Assembly (NCBI GenBank): GCA_051013385.1
Contig: CP143273.1
Location: 192,001 to 256,000, forward strand
From: Phormidium sp.
GTDB lineage: Bacteria; Cyanobacteriota; Cyanobacteriia; Cyanobacteriales; Aerosakkonemataceae
Direction: 5' to 3'
Length of the DNA stretch: 64,000 nucleotides
Positions 38,266 through 48,610 of the stretch are shown here, in pieces (within the stretch, counting starts at the first letter, position 1; each line of letters starts with the position of its first letter). A program made the translations under genes and the position numbers. A model generated the notes under the pieces. That model ran no database searches. It saw only the letters and a list, made by a program, of their open reading frames with translations, and was not told the origin of the DNA.

Positions 38266-39156
38266 TCAAATTTCCGTAATATGCTCAATGGTATTTTTAC
38301 CTTTATTCTTAATAACATACATTAAATAATCAGCCTTTTCGATAATTTCATCAACAGTTTCTGGACAATTAATATAAGTAATAGCGCCCACACTAAAAGT
38401 TACAGGCCAAAGATTTTTTTCCATAACCTCTAAAAGTACATCGCGAACTCTATTAATAACTATTTGAGCAGGTTCATAAGCCAATCCCGGCAAGAAAATA
38501 ATAAATTCATCCCCACCAACTCGAGCCACAATATCAGTCTCGCGCACGGTATTTTTGATAGTCTGTGCTACTACTTGTAAAACCCGATCGCCAACTTTAT
38601 AACCACCGTAATCATTAATATTTTTAAAATTGTCTAAATCGATATAAGTTACTGTAAAAGGATGACCATAACGCCGCGACTTCTTCAACTCCATGCTAGC
38701 CAACTCGACAAATAATTTTCGGTTAGCCACGCCAGTTATTTCATCAGTTCTGGCTAATTTACTTTCTCTTTTCCGGGTGTTATGTAATTCTGCAAGCAGA
38801 TAGTTTACTGTCAAATAGAAGGCTAACCGGATGAAAGCATTCCAATAAGGGAGATAATTCGGTAAACTGATTTCGCCTTTTAATTGATAAATTAAAAACC
38901 AGATTGTAGCGCAAGCAAAAGATATTAATATGCCAAATTTTTCACTGACAAACCAACTAACTAAAGCCACAGGAATCAAAAAAAATATGGAAGCAATATC
39001 AGGTGAGACTAGGTAATCAATAACCCCGATCGCAATTACGAGTAAAATACTTAACCCGATTAAAAAAGATCTCGATCTGTTTTCCAGATATCTGAATATA
39101 TACACCACAAATTCCCTGAAAGCGTTATTAGTTAGAATGGCTTCCTCCTTAATCAT
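38266..39156 (-). CDS. Membrane-bound diguanylate cyclase
   Basis: GGDEF motif with RETD I-site; N-terminal TM helices. Confidence 0.92.
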   Translation of the reverse strand: MIKEEAILTNNAFREFVVYIFRYLENRSRSFLIGLSILLVIAIGVIDYLVSPDIASIFFLIPVALVSWFVSEKFGILISFACATIWFLIYQLKGEISLPNYLPYWNAFIRLAFYLTVNYLLAELHNTRKRESKLARTDEITGVANRKLFVELASMELKKSRRYGHPFTVTYIDLDNFKNINDYGGYKVGDRVLQVVAQTIKNTVRETDIVARVGGDEFIIFLPGLAYEPAQIVINRVRDVLLEVMEKNLWPVTFSVGAITYINCPETVDEIIEKADYLMYVIKNKGKNTIEHITEI

Positions 39157-39158
39157 AC

Positions 39159-39186
39159 AAAAGGGATAGGCGAAACACCTATCCCT
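39159..39186 (-). terminator. Probable intrinsic terminator of htrA
   Basis: AGGGATAGG/CCTATCCCT stem followed by a short T run on the minus strand. Confidence 0.55.
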
Positions 39187-39233
39187 GGAAACAATTTTAC
39201 GTTAGTTTACTCGTTTGTGTTCTCTGGCTTTCC

Positions 39234-40475
39234 TTATTCTTGTTGCTGTTGCTGTCTATTAGGCAAAGCACCAGGCTGAACAACTAAATCAACATTCTGC
39301 CCACTGCGACGCACTTCCATTGGCAAACGAGCACCAACACTGCTGGCATCTACAGCCTGTTGTACAGAGTTAGAATCTTTTACTGATTTATTGTTGATTT
39401 TGCTGATAATATCACCAGAACGTAACCCGGCTCTTTCGGCTGGGGAATTTGGCGCGACTTGGACAATTAATACGCCATCGTCTTCATTGACGTTCAAATT
39501 GAGTTCAGGATCGCTGTTAATATTTTGCTTAATCTCAGGAGTCAGGTCTACCATCTGAATGCCCAAGTAAGGATGTTGCACCTTACCGTCAGAAATTAGC
39601 TTGTTAGCAATACTTTTCGCGGTGTTAACTGGAATGGCAAAACCAATGCCTTGGGCACCTTGAATGATAGCTGTGTTGATCCCAATTACTTCCCCAGAAG
39701 CGTTTAACAGTGGGCCGCCGGAATTACCTGGGTTAATGGCTGCGTCTGTTTGGACGAATCTGACTCTTTGATCGGGAACGCCGACTTGACGACTGCTGCG
39801 ACCTGTGGCGCTGACAATTCCTGTAGTCACGGTATTATCTAAACCAAGGGGGTTGCCGATCGCGATCGCCCATTCCCCTGGTCTTAAACTATCAGAATTA
39901 CCCAGCTTCACTGTCGGCAAATTTTGAGCATCAACTTTAATCACTGCTACATCAGTTACCGAGTCTGCACCCAATACCCTACCTGTCAGGGCCCGACCAT
40001 CTTTCAGGGTAACTCTCACGGTATCACTACCGGAAACAACGTGGGCGTTAGTCAAAATATGACCATCAGAATTAATGATAAACCCAGAACCAGTTTCGCT
40101 GACTTGGCGCGAGCGTGGCATTTCTGGCATTTGGCGACCACCAAAAAATTCTCCGAAAAACGGATCTTCCTGCATCCCTCTCGGCATTCTCGCGCTAACT
40201 CTTCTGGAAGAATCAATTCTAACTACTGCTGGCCCAACGTTCTGCACTACACTAGTGACAAAATTGCTATCAGAATTAAATGGTAATTGGGCTACTAAGT
40301 TTGAGGTAACTGATTTATCAGTAGCACGGGAGGGCAGATTACCTTGTGATAATAAATTGCTACCTGCCAAGCTAATTCCAGATCCTAATAGCACTAATGA
40401 CAAATAAGTGAATATCCGGGGCATAGCAAATTTCTTAGTTCCTTGATTGTTAGGTTTTGTATCTTTGATTTCCAT
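39234..40475 (-). CDS. HtrA/DegP-family (HhoA/HhoB-like) serine protease
   Basis: LTNAHVV, TDAAINPGNSGGPL, one PDZ domain. Confidence 0.95.
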   Translation of the reverse strand: MEIKDTKPNNQGTKKFAMPRIFTYLSLVLLGSGISLAGSNLLSQGNLPSRATDKSVTSNLVAQLPFNSDSNFVTSVVQNVGPAVVRIDSSRRVSARMPRGMQEDPFFGEFFGGRQMPEMPRSRQVSETGSGFIINSDGHILTNAHVVSGSDTVRVTLKDGRALTGRVLGADSVTDVAVIKVDAQNLPTVKLGNSDSLRPGEWAIAIGNPLGLDNTVTTGIVSATGRSSRQVGVPDQRVRFVQTDAAINPGNSGGPLLNASGEVIGINTAIIQGAQGIGFAIPVNTAKSIANKLISDGKVQHPYLGIQMVDLTPEIKQNINSDPELNLNVNEDDGVLIVQVAPNSPAERAGLRSGDIISKINNKSVKDSNSVQQAVDASSVGARLPMEVRRSGQNVDLVVQPGALPNRQQQQQE

Positions 40476-40624
40476 TTTTTTCTAATTCTCCTGAAACTTC
40501 AACTGTGGTTTTTTCTGTGGTGGGATGGCAATAGTTCTTAATCTCGGAAGTAGTGACCTCTGATCCGGAGACACTCCATAAGACTTATCTTTAGTAGTAG
40601 TAGACTGTTTTGCTTACGTTTTTG

Positions 40625-40678
40625 ATTTTAGATATTCTGTGTGACACTTTGATTACAGCTATGTGTCAATTGAATGGC
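40625..40678 (-). promoter_or_regulatory. Putative OmpR-family binding array plus -10 box upstream of htrA
   Basis: Minus strand GCCAT/GACAC/GTAAT/GTCAC at 11-bp spacing, then 10 nt and TAAAAT. Confidence 0.65.
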
Positions 40679-40745
40679 AATTCTTTTTCCTAAATAATTT
40701 AGGGGCTGCAAAGCTTTTTTGACCTGCCTGGGAGCCAATATTTGA

Positions 40746-41597
40746 TCAAAGATCCTTGGATGCTAAGAATTCGGGTCTAGCTTGCTGCGTTTTTTGGAGT
40801 ATATCAGCTAAAGAACTCCAATTTCCTTGTTGGATGTCGGTAATTAATTGGTCGAGAGTTTGGCGATAGGAAAAGAGCGATCGCAACAACTGCTCTTGAT
40901 TATAGGTTGCCATCAACACCCCCAATTCGGGATTTCCGCCACCTACCCGACTTGTATCCCGAAACCCAGAACTCGCTAAGTTTTGTGCTAATTCTAATAC
41001 ATTCTTCTCGCTTTCACTCAGGCAAGCACTGATTAAACTAGCGCTAATCATTACTGGTAAATGGGAAATCCAAGCCACTGCTTTATCATGTTCTTCGGGA
41101 CGACAAAGGTAAAATTTAGCTTGGAGCGATCGGACCATTTCCCCGACTATTTTTACTGATTCAGGAGTAGTATTTTCTAGCGGAGTTAATACATAAGGTT
41201 TGCCGACAAACAAATTAGATTGCGCCGCATCAATGCCACTTTCAGCAGTTCCCGCCATTGGATGTCCGCCGATAAAATTGGGCCAAATTTTGGCTGCATC
41301 TGCCACGATTGGGGATTTAACTGAACCCACATCAGTGACAATTGTTTGTGGTGAAAGATGGGGGATTAATTGTTCAATGGTGGGAATGATTAAATCTAAA
41401 GGCGTGCAAATAAACACCACATCTGCGGCGGCTAAAAGCGAAAGGTTCACACTGGCATCATCAACAATCCCTCGTTCGATCGCAGTTTGGCAAGTTGACT
41501 CGCGCCGACTGACGCCCAAAACTTGATAACCAAGCGATCGCAAATCCAACGCCAAAGAACCACCAATTAAACCTAACCCAACAATTCCAATATTCAT
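40746..41597 (-). CDS. tyrA: Prephenate/arogenate dehydrogenase
   Basis: GLGLIGGS, DVGSVK, GGHPMAG, GFRDTSRV; start placed at ATG 41597. Confidence 0.92.
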   Translation of the reverse strand: MNIGIVGLGLIGGSLALDLRSLGYQVLGVSRRESTCQTAIERGIVDDASVNLSLLAAADVVFICTPLDLIIPTIEQLIPHLSPQTIVTDVGSVKSPIVADAAKIWPNFIGGHPMAGTAESGIDAAQSNLFVGKPYVLTPLENTTPESVKIVGEMVRSLQAKFYLCRPEEHDKAVAWISHLPVMISASLISACLSESEKNVLELAQNLASSGFRDTSRVGGGNPELGVLMATYNQEQLLRSLFSYRQTLDQLITDIQQGNWSSLADILQKTQQARPEFLASKDL

Positions 41598-41853
41598 CTC
41601 TAATTTAATTACAAACAATATCTTAACTGTAGTTACTACTCTACCTTTTTTCGACCTTAAAGCTGCCGTTCTTGCTGCCAACGCTCACTGCCACTATGAG
41701 GATATAATCAATCATTAAGGAAGCAGCTGCGACTAATCCCGGATACAAACCCAGGTTCTCACCGAAAAACCTGCGCGGAAGCCCCTGGCTTCAGCAGTAG
41801 GATAACTATTCCAGAGGCGATCGACAAAGACCAACCCAGTGCCCCACTACCCG

Positions 41854-42035
41854 CAGGGCTGATTCATTGTCATCAAAGAAAATTAAACAGATGGGGGGAC
41901 AAGGGGACTCTTGGGACAAGGGGACTCTTGGGACAAGGAGACAAGGAGACAAGGGGAATTTTTATCTTCTGCTCCGAGATCTCCGAGAGTTCCCCTGCCA
42001 AAAATTTTTCTTTGACGACTTCGGAAGTAGCCCTG
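41854..42035. mobile_element. MITE family A, second copy
   Basis: Ends CAGGGCT / AGCCCTG; 10-bp duplication CCACTACCCG (41844-41853, 42036-42045); left arm matches the 36565 copy. Confidence 0.88.
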
Positions 42036-42488
42036 CCACTACCCGCAGCCACCAAAACTAGTAAAATTTCCTCAGTAGCTTATGCTACTGACGACAGAGC
42101 ATCCCAGGAAAGTACTGCTAACATTTAGAATCCCCCTATTTGAATGGGGGGGAGTGTCATAGTTACTCAAGAATGGTTCTAGCTTACAGGAAATCTTATC
42201 TTAGACAGGCTCCTGGTTAACAACTGACAGAGGAACAGAAAAGATCCTTTACTAGCCTATCCCCTAGAAGGGAAACTAGAAGTATAAAGAACTTCTATAT
42301 TTTAAGGAGAAATTATCTTCATCGATTCCCCACCACAGGAAATATGTGCAAATGTAGTGACATATCAGTTTAGTGTCTAATCCTGGGTCTAAAATGCCAA
42401 TATCGATCCGCAGTTCCCTAATTTTGCTATTGGCAAAACCCAAAACAAATTTTTATCGCTTAAATTTGGGTGTTTCTAAGGTAGTCTT

Positions 42489-44039
42489 ATGGAAGTAGAA
42501 GAATTTTTAAATAAATATGCCCAAGGAGTCCGGGATTTCACGGGTATTAACTTAACGGAAGCGAACCTAAGTGGAATTAACTTGAGTGGAGCAAATTTGA
42601 GCGAAGCGAATCTGAGTATATCGAATCTCAGTGGAGCCAACCTCAGCAAAGTTAATTTTTACCAAGCAAAACTGAATGTAGCCAGACTCAGTGGCGCGAA
42701 TCTCACCCAAGCAAATTTATCTGGGGCAATTCTGAATGTAGCTAATTTAGCTAGGGCTGACTTGCGGGAAGCTGATTTATTTCAAGCAGCAATGATTCGC
42801 ACAGAATTAATTCGGGCGGAACTGAGTGGGGCTAATTTGAGTGAAGCTAATCTAACCGGAGCAGATTTAGGAGAAGCTAGGTTAAGATTAGCTAATTTGA
42901 GAGGGGCAAATTTAAGTGAAGCAAATTTGCGGGGAACTAGTTTAACTGGAGCTAATTTACAACAAGCAAATTTACATGGTGCGGAATTAATCCGAGCGGA
43001 TTTAAGCGGTACAGATTTACGTGGTGCAGAACTCAGACAAGCGAATTTAGGCATGGCGAATTTGACAGGGGCGGATTTGCGGGGAGCGAATTTAAGATGG
43101 GCGGATTTAAGTGGGGTAAATTTACGGTGGGCGAATCTCAGTGAAGCCAAACTAAGCGGCGCAAATTTAAGCGGCGCGGATTTAAGTAATGCTAATTTAA
43201 TGAATACTAGTTTGGTGCATACAGATTTATCTCAAGCTAATTTAATTCAGGTAGATTGGATTGGTGCAGATTTAACAGGGGCAAATTTAACAGGGGCTAA
43301 ACTCTATGCGGTGTCTCGATTTGGGATTAAAAGCGAAGGGATAAATTGTGAGTGGGTGGATTTGAGTCCAGAAGGCGATCGATCGCAAATTTATCGTTTA
43401 AATGCCGAAGAAGCTAGCAGATTTTTTCATCAAACATCCCCAACAATTCGGATTACTGTTGATGCCTCTTTAGATCAGGAAGCTAACTTCAATTTAGCTG
43501 CAACTTATTATCAAATCTCCCAAGAATACTCTAGCTTTGTCCGTCCCGCAAGTATTGAAGTTGGCGAAAGAAAAACTACCATAATCTTAAGAATTGCTAG
43601 CGATGATCAGCTATTTCTTAGTGCTTTTTTAGCTGTTTGTCCCTTTGAAAATGGTAAAAAAATTCAAGAAAATATTATTTTAATATTGCGATTAATCCAG
43701 AAAAAAGCCGAGGATTATTTGTTACTAGAATCCGAGAAAATAGAATTAGAAAAAATTAATAATCACATCAATCAAACCATGGCAAGTATCAAAGATATAG
43801 ACCCGAAAAAATACTTAAGTAAAAACATCAGTCAAATTGAATTCTTTAAAGCTCCTACACAAATTACCCTGACTAACTCTAGCGAACAAGCTTTAAATAT
43901 TTATCAAGATTTTAACTTCGGAAAACGCTTTGTAATGAATAATGTGTGGGAAACCTTACCAGATAAAATACCGGAGACAAAATTAGTGCTACCACCGCTA
44001 AATTTAATTTTTGATTTCCTCAGAAATTCTTATCTCTAA
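42489..44039 (+). CDS. Pentapeptide repeat protein
   Basis: Long A(N/D)LXX array plus a C-terminal domain. Confidence 0.92.
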   Translation: MEVEEFLNKYAQGVRDFTGINLTEANLSGINLSGANLSEANLSISNLSGANLSKVNFYQAKLNVARLSGANLTQANLSGAILNVANLARADLREADLFQAAMIRTELIRAELSGANLSEANLTGADLGEARLRLANLRGANLSEANLRGTSLTGANLQQANLHGAELIRADLSGTDLRGAELRQANLGMANLTGADLRGANLRWADLSGVNLRWANLSEAKLSGANLSGADLSNANLMNTSLVHTDLSQANLIQVDWIGADLTGANLTGAKLYAVSRFGIKSEGINCEWVDLSPEGDRSQIYRLNAEEASRFFHQTSPTIRITVDASLDQEANFNLAATYYQISQEYSSFVRPASIEVGERKTTIILRIASDDQLFLSAFLAVCPFENGKKIQENIILILRLIQKKAEDYLLLESEKIELEKINNHINQTMASIKDIDPKKYLSKNISQIEFFKAPTQITLTNSSEQALNIYQDFNFGKRFVMNNVWETLPDKIPETKLVLPPLNLIFDFLRNSYL

Positions 44040-44155
44040 ATTCATAATCAAATTCGGGATTTTCTGTCATCCATAATTAAAATAAGAGTTAGGAGTACAT
44101 AACTCCAATGATTCAGTTAATTCAATTGTCCCCAGTTTGATGGCAAGGTAGCCAG

Positions 44156-45712
44156 ATGGAAATAGAAGAATTATTCAGCAGATACGCAAATGGAGAACGT
44201 AACTTTGCAGCAATTAATCTAAGTGAAGCGCAACTAAGCGGAGTCAACTTGAGTGGTGCAAACTTAAGTAAAGCAAACTTAAGTATCGCCAATCTCAGTC
44301 GGGCAAATTTGAGTAGAACAGATCTAAGCTACGCTAAGTTGAATGTGGCTAGGCTCAGTGGAGCAGATTTATCTCAAGCTAACTTGAATTATGCTATTCT
44401 CAACGTCAGCAATCTAATTTTGGCTAATTTAGGCGATGCAGAATTAGTAGAAGCCACCTTAATTAGAGCCGAATTAATTCGGGCTGAATTTAGTAGAGCG
44501 AATCTCACAGGTGCTAACCTCAATAATGCGAATCTTAGAGAAGCAAGACTGAGACAATCTAACTTGAGTCGTGCTAATTTGAGTTCTGCTGACTTGAGGG
44601 GTGCTTCTTTAATCGCCGCTAATTTAGAAGGAGCAAATCTGCAAGGTACAGATTTAAGTAGAGCCGATTTAAGTAGTGCTAATGCGACAAACGCTGAATT
44701 TAAACAAGCAAATTTGAGTTTTTGTAACTTGAGTGGCGCAAATTTAAGCGGAACAAATTTGCGCTGGGTAGATTTGCGTGGAGCCAATTTGCGTTGGGCT
44801 GATTTAAGCGATGCTAAATTAAGTGGTGCTAACTTAACAGGAGCAGATTTAACTAATGCTAACTTATACAATGCTAGTTTGGTTCATGCTGATTTAAGAG
44901 AAGCAAGATTAATGTATGCTGATTGGACTGAAGCGAATTTATCAGGAGCAAATTTAACGGGCGCAAAACTGCATTCTGTGTCGCGATTTGGGTTAAAAAC
45001 GGAAGGGATAATTTGTGAGTGGTTAGATTTGAGCCCGGATGGCGATCGCACACAAATTCGTCGCCTCAGTCCCGAAGACGTGAGGAAGTTTTTTCATCAA
45101 ACATTACCCACAATTCAAATTATCATCGACGCTCCCCTAGACCATGAATCTCACATCGTTTTAGCCAATGCCTACCATAAAATAGCGCAAAAATATCCAC
45201 CTTTATCCCAACCACCAACCATCAAAGTTGGTCATCGTCGCACTATGTTAACCTTTGGAATGGAAAACGACAATCAATTATTTTGTGCTGCATTCGCCGC
45301 TATATTGCCTTTTGTAGATAGTGAAGAAACTCAAAAAAATATTGTGCGGTTTTTGCAAATGTTACAAGCTGATAACCCTAATGTTTTACAACAAAAAGAT
45401 AAAAACAGGATTAAAAAAACAGCTGAGGTTTTGACAGCAGATCTAGGCCAAAAATTTCAGATAAAATTAATGAAACCAGGTTTAAATATTCCCAAAAAAT
45501 TGAAATTTTTTCAGGCTCCAACTCAAACAGTTTTATGCAATTCAAGCGATCAGACATTGCCACTATATAATCACCCTAACTTTGGCAAACATTGGGCAAA
45601 ATCCTCTAACTTTGTCGATCCAGATGAATTTACTTCGATGAAATCAGTGGAATACACTTTACCAGAAAGTAGTATTCTCTCAAATTTTGTGAAAAACTTT
45701 CCTCATAGCTAA
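44156..45712 (+). CDS. Pentapeptide repeat protein, paralog of the upstream gene
   Basis: Same architecture; shares CEW.DLSP.GDR and FF.APTQ. Confidence 0.92.
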   Translation: MEIEELFSRYANGERNFAAINLSEAQLSGVNLSGANLSKANLSIANLSRANLSRTDLSYAKLNVARLSGADLSQANLNYAILNVSNLILANLGDAELVEATLIRAELIRAEFSRANLTGANLNNANLREARLRQSNLSRANLSSADLRGASLIAANLEGANLQGTDLSRADLSSANATNAEFKQANLSFCNLSGANLSGTNLRWVDLRGANLRWADLSDAKLSGANLTGADLTNANLYNASLVHADLREARLMYADWTEANLSGANLTGAKLHSVSRFGLKTEGIICEWLDLSPDGDRTQIRRLSPEDVRKFFHQTLPTIQIIIDAPLDHESHIVLANAYHKIAQKYPPLSQPPTIKVGHRRTMLTFGMENDNQLFCAAFAAILPFVDSEETQKNIVRFLQMLQADNPNVLQQKDKNRIKKTAEVLTADLGQKFQIKLMKPGLNIPKKLKFFQAPTQTVLCNSSDQTLPLYNHPNFGKHWAKSSNFVDPDEFTSMKSVEYTLPESSILSNFVKNFPHS

Positions 45713-45780
45713 TAATGAAGTAATGGCAGAGGAAATAATTTAAAATAAGCTTAAAGGCAGTGGAGTTATGAAGTGAGGTA

Positions 45781-46383
45781 ATGAGTAGTATGCGCGATCG
45801 CATGAACAAAATGATGGGGCGCACCCGCTTTGTGGTCAGTCGGATTTTCATTCATTTAGCAGGTGATGAAGTGGCCCCCACAATCGGTGTACTCAATCAA
45901 GTGGGTAGAGATGCCATTGATGCAGAAGGTGAAATTGATGTCTTAGGTGAAGGATTAGAAGAAATTTGCCTCAGCTTATTACGAAATGACCTATATTGGC
46001 GATCGGCAGGCAATGAAGGAAACGTATTTTGGGACGAAGGTGAAGCAGGCGACGAAGTAAATTATTTATTTACCGACTCGGCTCAACGTTACAAAAGTGA
46101 CTCATACCCCAGTGAACAGGTAGGAAAAACCGAACCATTATCACTCCCAGTCACTCGTAACTTAATTGTTATGATCACAGTAGCATTTGAAGGGGAAGTA
46201 CCCCAGTTAGAAACCAATCTTGCCGATATTAACGCTCTCAAAGATGGTTTAAAAGCCCTGATTAATTTACATCATCAAAGAACTCTAAGAGCCATCCAAG
46301 TACATTGGTCTCCAGCCAGATTAGGTGATGAACTAACCGACGATCAAATATTGGAATATTATCCAGAACTCATCCCTCTATAG
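45781..46383 (+). CDS. Conserved cyanobacterial protein (DUF1517-like)
   Basis: LLRNDLYWRSA, VMITVA, IQVHWSP...DELT...YPEL.PL. Confidence 0.75.
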   Translation: MSSMRDRMNKMMGRTRFVVSRIFIHLAGDEVAPTIGVLNQVGRDAIDAEGEIDVLGEGLEEICLSLLRNDLYWRSAGNEGNVFWDEGEAGDEVNYLFTDSAQRYKSDSYPSEQVGKTEPLSLPVTRNLIVMITVAFEGEVPQLETNLADINALKDGLKALINLHHQRTLRAIQVHWSPARLGDELTDDQILEYYPELIPL

Positions 46384-46474
46384 ATATATATTTGAAAATC
46401 GTCAGCAAATTTTACTAAGCTCTTACTAAGCTCTAGAGAGCGATTAACCACAAATCGAAGTTCCTGAAAATAGC

Positions 46475-47389
46475 ATGAATATCAATCGATCGACCCTACG
46501 TAAAATCACAGTCATATTCCTCTCATTAACCTTGTGTTGGACAACCGTCGCTTGCGGTGGTGGAAATACACTTTCCAACACACCAGCAGGAAATCAGAAT
46601 GCTCCTGCTAGAACAGTTTCCAGTAAGATCACTGCCGGAGAATACCCCGTACAACAGGCAAGATACAACGATGCCAATGGGGAATATAGCCTGATGTTAC
46701 TCAACACGCCGCCTGGAACACCCGCCAACTTCCGCACCTCAGACTTACAAATGGCGCAACTCACACCAGAGGAAATTTCCGCTGGCAAAAAGAGTTACCT
46801 TAAGGTAGAAAACAGCGGTCAAACATCCCTACATATTCCCGAAGACTTCAAAATTGAGTATATCCGTGCCGTCACCGAAACCCGCCCCGATCCGCAAACT
46901 GGACAACCCCAAACCGTAATAGTCCGTCAAGAAAGCGGCGGTTTCTGGGCACCATTTGCAGGTGCAGTAGCAGGTAACTTAGTCGGCAATATGTTGTTTG
47001 CACCGAGATACTATGTACCACCAGTTTATCAACCTGGAATGTCTGTAATGACTGGTTACGGTGGATATGGTAATACCTACAGCCAAGCTACCACTAGCTA
47101 CCAACAACGGTATAACCAACCACCTGCGGCAGTAAGAAATCGCCCAGCTTATATCCGTACTACAGGTTCACTGAGAAATTATCCGTCTGGGAGTGGTACA
47201 GGATTCGATCGCCCAAAAAGCACCACACCCGGACAAAGAGCCACAGGTTCCGGTTTCGGTTCCAGTACCCTGAGACAATCAGGTAAATCCGCACCTAGTT
47301 CTGGTGGCACCTCCAGCTTCGGCAGCGGTGGGCGCTCTCGCAGCACCTCTGGCTTCGGTAGCCGCAGCGGTGGCGCGAGAAGACGGTAA
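46475..47389 (+). CDS. Lipoprotein with Gly/Ser/Arg-rich tail
   Basis: Lipobox TVAC; FWAPFAGAVAG; SGFGS repeats. Confidence 0.8.
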   Translation: MNINRSTLRKITVIFLSLTLCWTTVACGGGNTLSNTPAGNQNAPARTVSSKITAGEYPVQQARYNDANGEYSLMLLNTPPGTPANFRTSDLQMAQLTPEEISAGKKSYLKVENSGQTSLHIPEDFKIEYIRAVTETRPDPQTGQPQTVIVRQESGGFWAPFAGAVAGNLVGNMLFAPRYYVPPVYQPGMSVMTGYGGYGNTYSQATTSYQQRYNQPPAAVRNRPAYIRTTGSLRNYPSGSGTGFDRPKSTTPGQRATGSGFGSSTLRQSGKSAPSSGGTSSFGSGGRSRSTSGFGSRSGGARRR

Positions 47390-47394
47390 GAGAA

Positions 47395-47590
47395 TTTTGA
47401 GTTTTGAGTTTTGAGTTTTGAGTTTTGTAGAGTTGGGGAAGTTTTGAGTTTTGAGTTTTGTAGAGTTGGGGAAGTTTTGAGTTTTGTAGAGTTGGAGAGT
47501 TTTAAGTTTTAAATTCTCCTCCGCTCCCCTGCTCCCCTGCTCCCCTGCCCCCCTGCTCCCCTGCTCCCCTGCTCCCCTGCCCCCCTGCCT
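47395..47590. repeat. Short tandem repeats (TTTTGAG)n and (CTCCCCTG)n
   Basis: Directly visible; an (AATCTAA)n tract is also present at 36872-36910. Confidence 0.9.
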
Positions 47591-47885
47591 TGCCCAAATC
47601 CGCTGGGGAAATTATGAAAACCAATGACCGACTATGTTACTTTTTTTAATAGAAGTGAGAGCGTAGCAAAGCTCATCCTTTCCTAAAGGATCGAGAAGAC
47701 AATGCTCAACTGAGCTAACAACCTGCATAAAATTAAAGACGGGCTGTATTTGCCTTACAGTTCTGAGAGGCAAATATTTTTATCCCTAAAGCAGACAAAG
47801 GTTGGTTTTTAATTAAACCCATCCTCAAAGCAGCAGATTGGGAAACGCGACATCAGCAATACATTAGATTAGGAACTCTTGGTTC

Positions 47886-48554
47886 ATGTTTAGTAAGCAG
47901 GCAAAGGACTCGACAGTATATAACTGGTTCCAGGAACGCCTGGAAATTCAAGCACTTGACGAAGATATAAGCAGCAAGTATGTACCTCCCCACGTAAATA
48001 TTTTTTATTGCTTGGGTGGGATTACCTTAGTTTGCTTTTTAATCCAGTTCGCCACTGGATTTGCCATGACCTTCTATTACAAGCCAACTGTTACCGAGGC
48101 ATTTTCCTCGGTAGAGTACATTATGAATGAAGTCAACTTTGGTTGGCTAATTCGTTCCATCCACCGTTGGTCTGCCAGCATGATGGTGTTGATGATGATT
48201 TTGCACGTTTTCCGAGTTTATTTGACTGGTGGGTTCAAAAAGCCCCGGGAATTAACTTGGGTGACTGGTGTAGTTTTAGCGGTAATCACTGTTTCCTTTG
48301 GTGTAACTGGTTACTCCTTACCTTGGGATCAAATTGGTTACTGGGCGGTGAAAATCGTTAGTGGTGTTCCCGAAGCGATTCCAGTAGTGGGTACATTGAT
48401 TGCTGACTTGTTACGTGGTGGTTCCAGTGTTGGTCAAGCTACCCTAACTCGTTATTACAGCGCTCATACCTTTGTGCTGCCCTGGTTAATTGCTGTATTT
48501 ATGTTGTTACACTTCCTGATGATTCGCAAGCAAGGTATCTCTGGCCCCTTGTAA
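47886..48554 (+). CDS. petB: Cytochrome b6
   Basis: [35 protein letters not shown]. Confidence 0.99.
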   Translation: MFSKQAKDSTVYNWFQERLEIQALDEDISSKYVPPHVNIFYCLGGITLVCFLIQFATGFAMTFYYKPTVTEAFSSVEYIMNEVNFGWLIRSIHRWSASMMVLMMILHVFRVYLTGGFKKPRELTWVTGVVLAVITVSFGVTGYSLPWDQIGYWAVKIVSGVPEAIPVVGTLIADLLRGGSSVGQATLTRYYSAHTFVLPWLIAVFMLLHFLMIRKQGISGPL

Positions 48555-48610
48555 AATCAGAAGTTAACTGCTGTTTTTTCCTATCTCGACAGAGGAGCGC
48601 ACTTTTAAAG

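Noticed and set aside
41867..42128. Three overlapping short ORFs
   Set aside because: They lie over MITE A and its tandem repeats.
42782..44871. Antisense ORFs of 122 and 160 aa
   Set aside because: Shadow frames of the pentapeptide repeats.
47395..47590. Possible CRISPR array
   Set aside because: Only 7-8 bp tandem units with no unique spacers, and no cas genes in the window.
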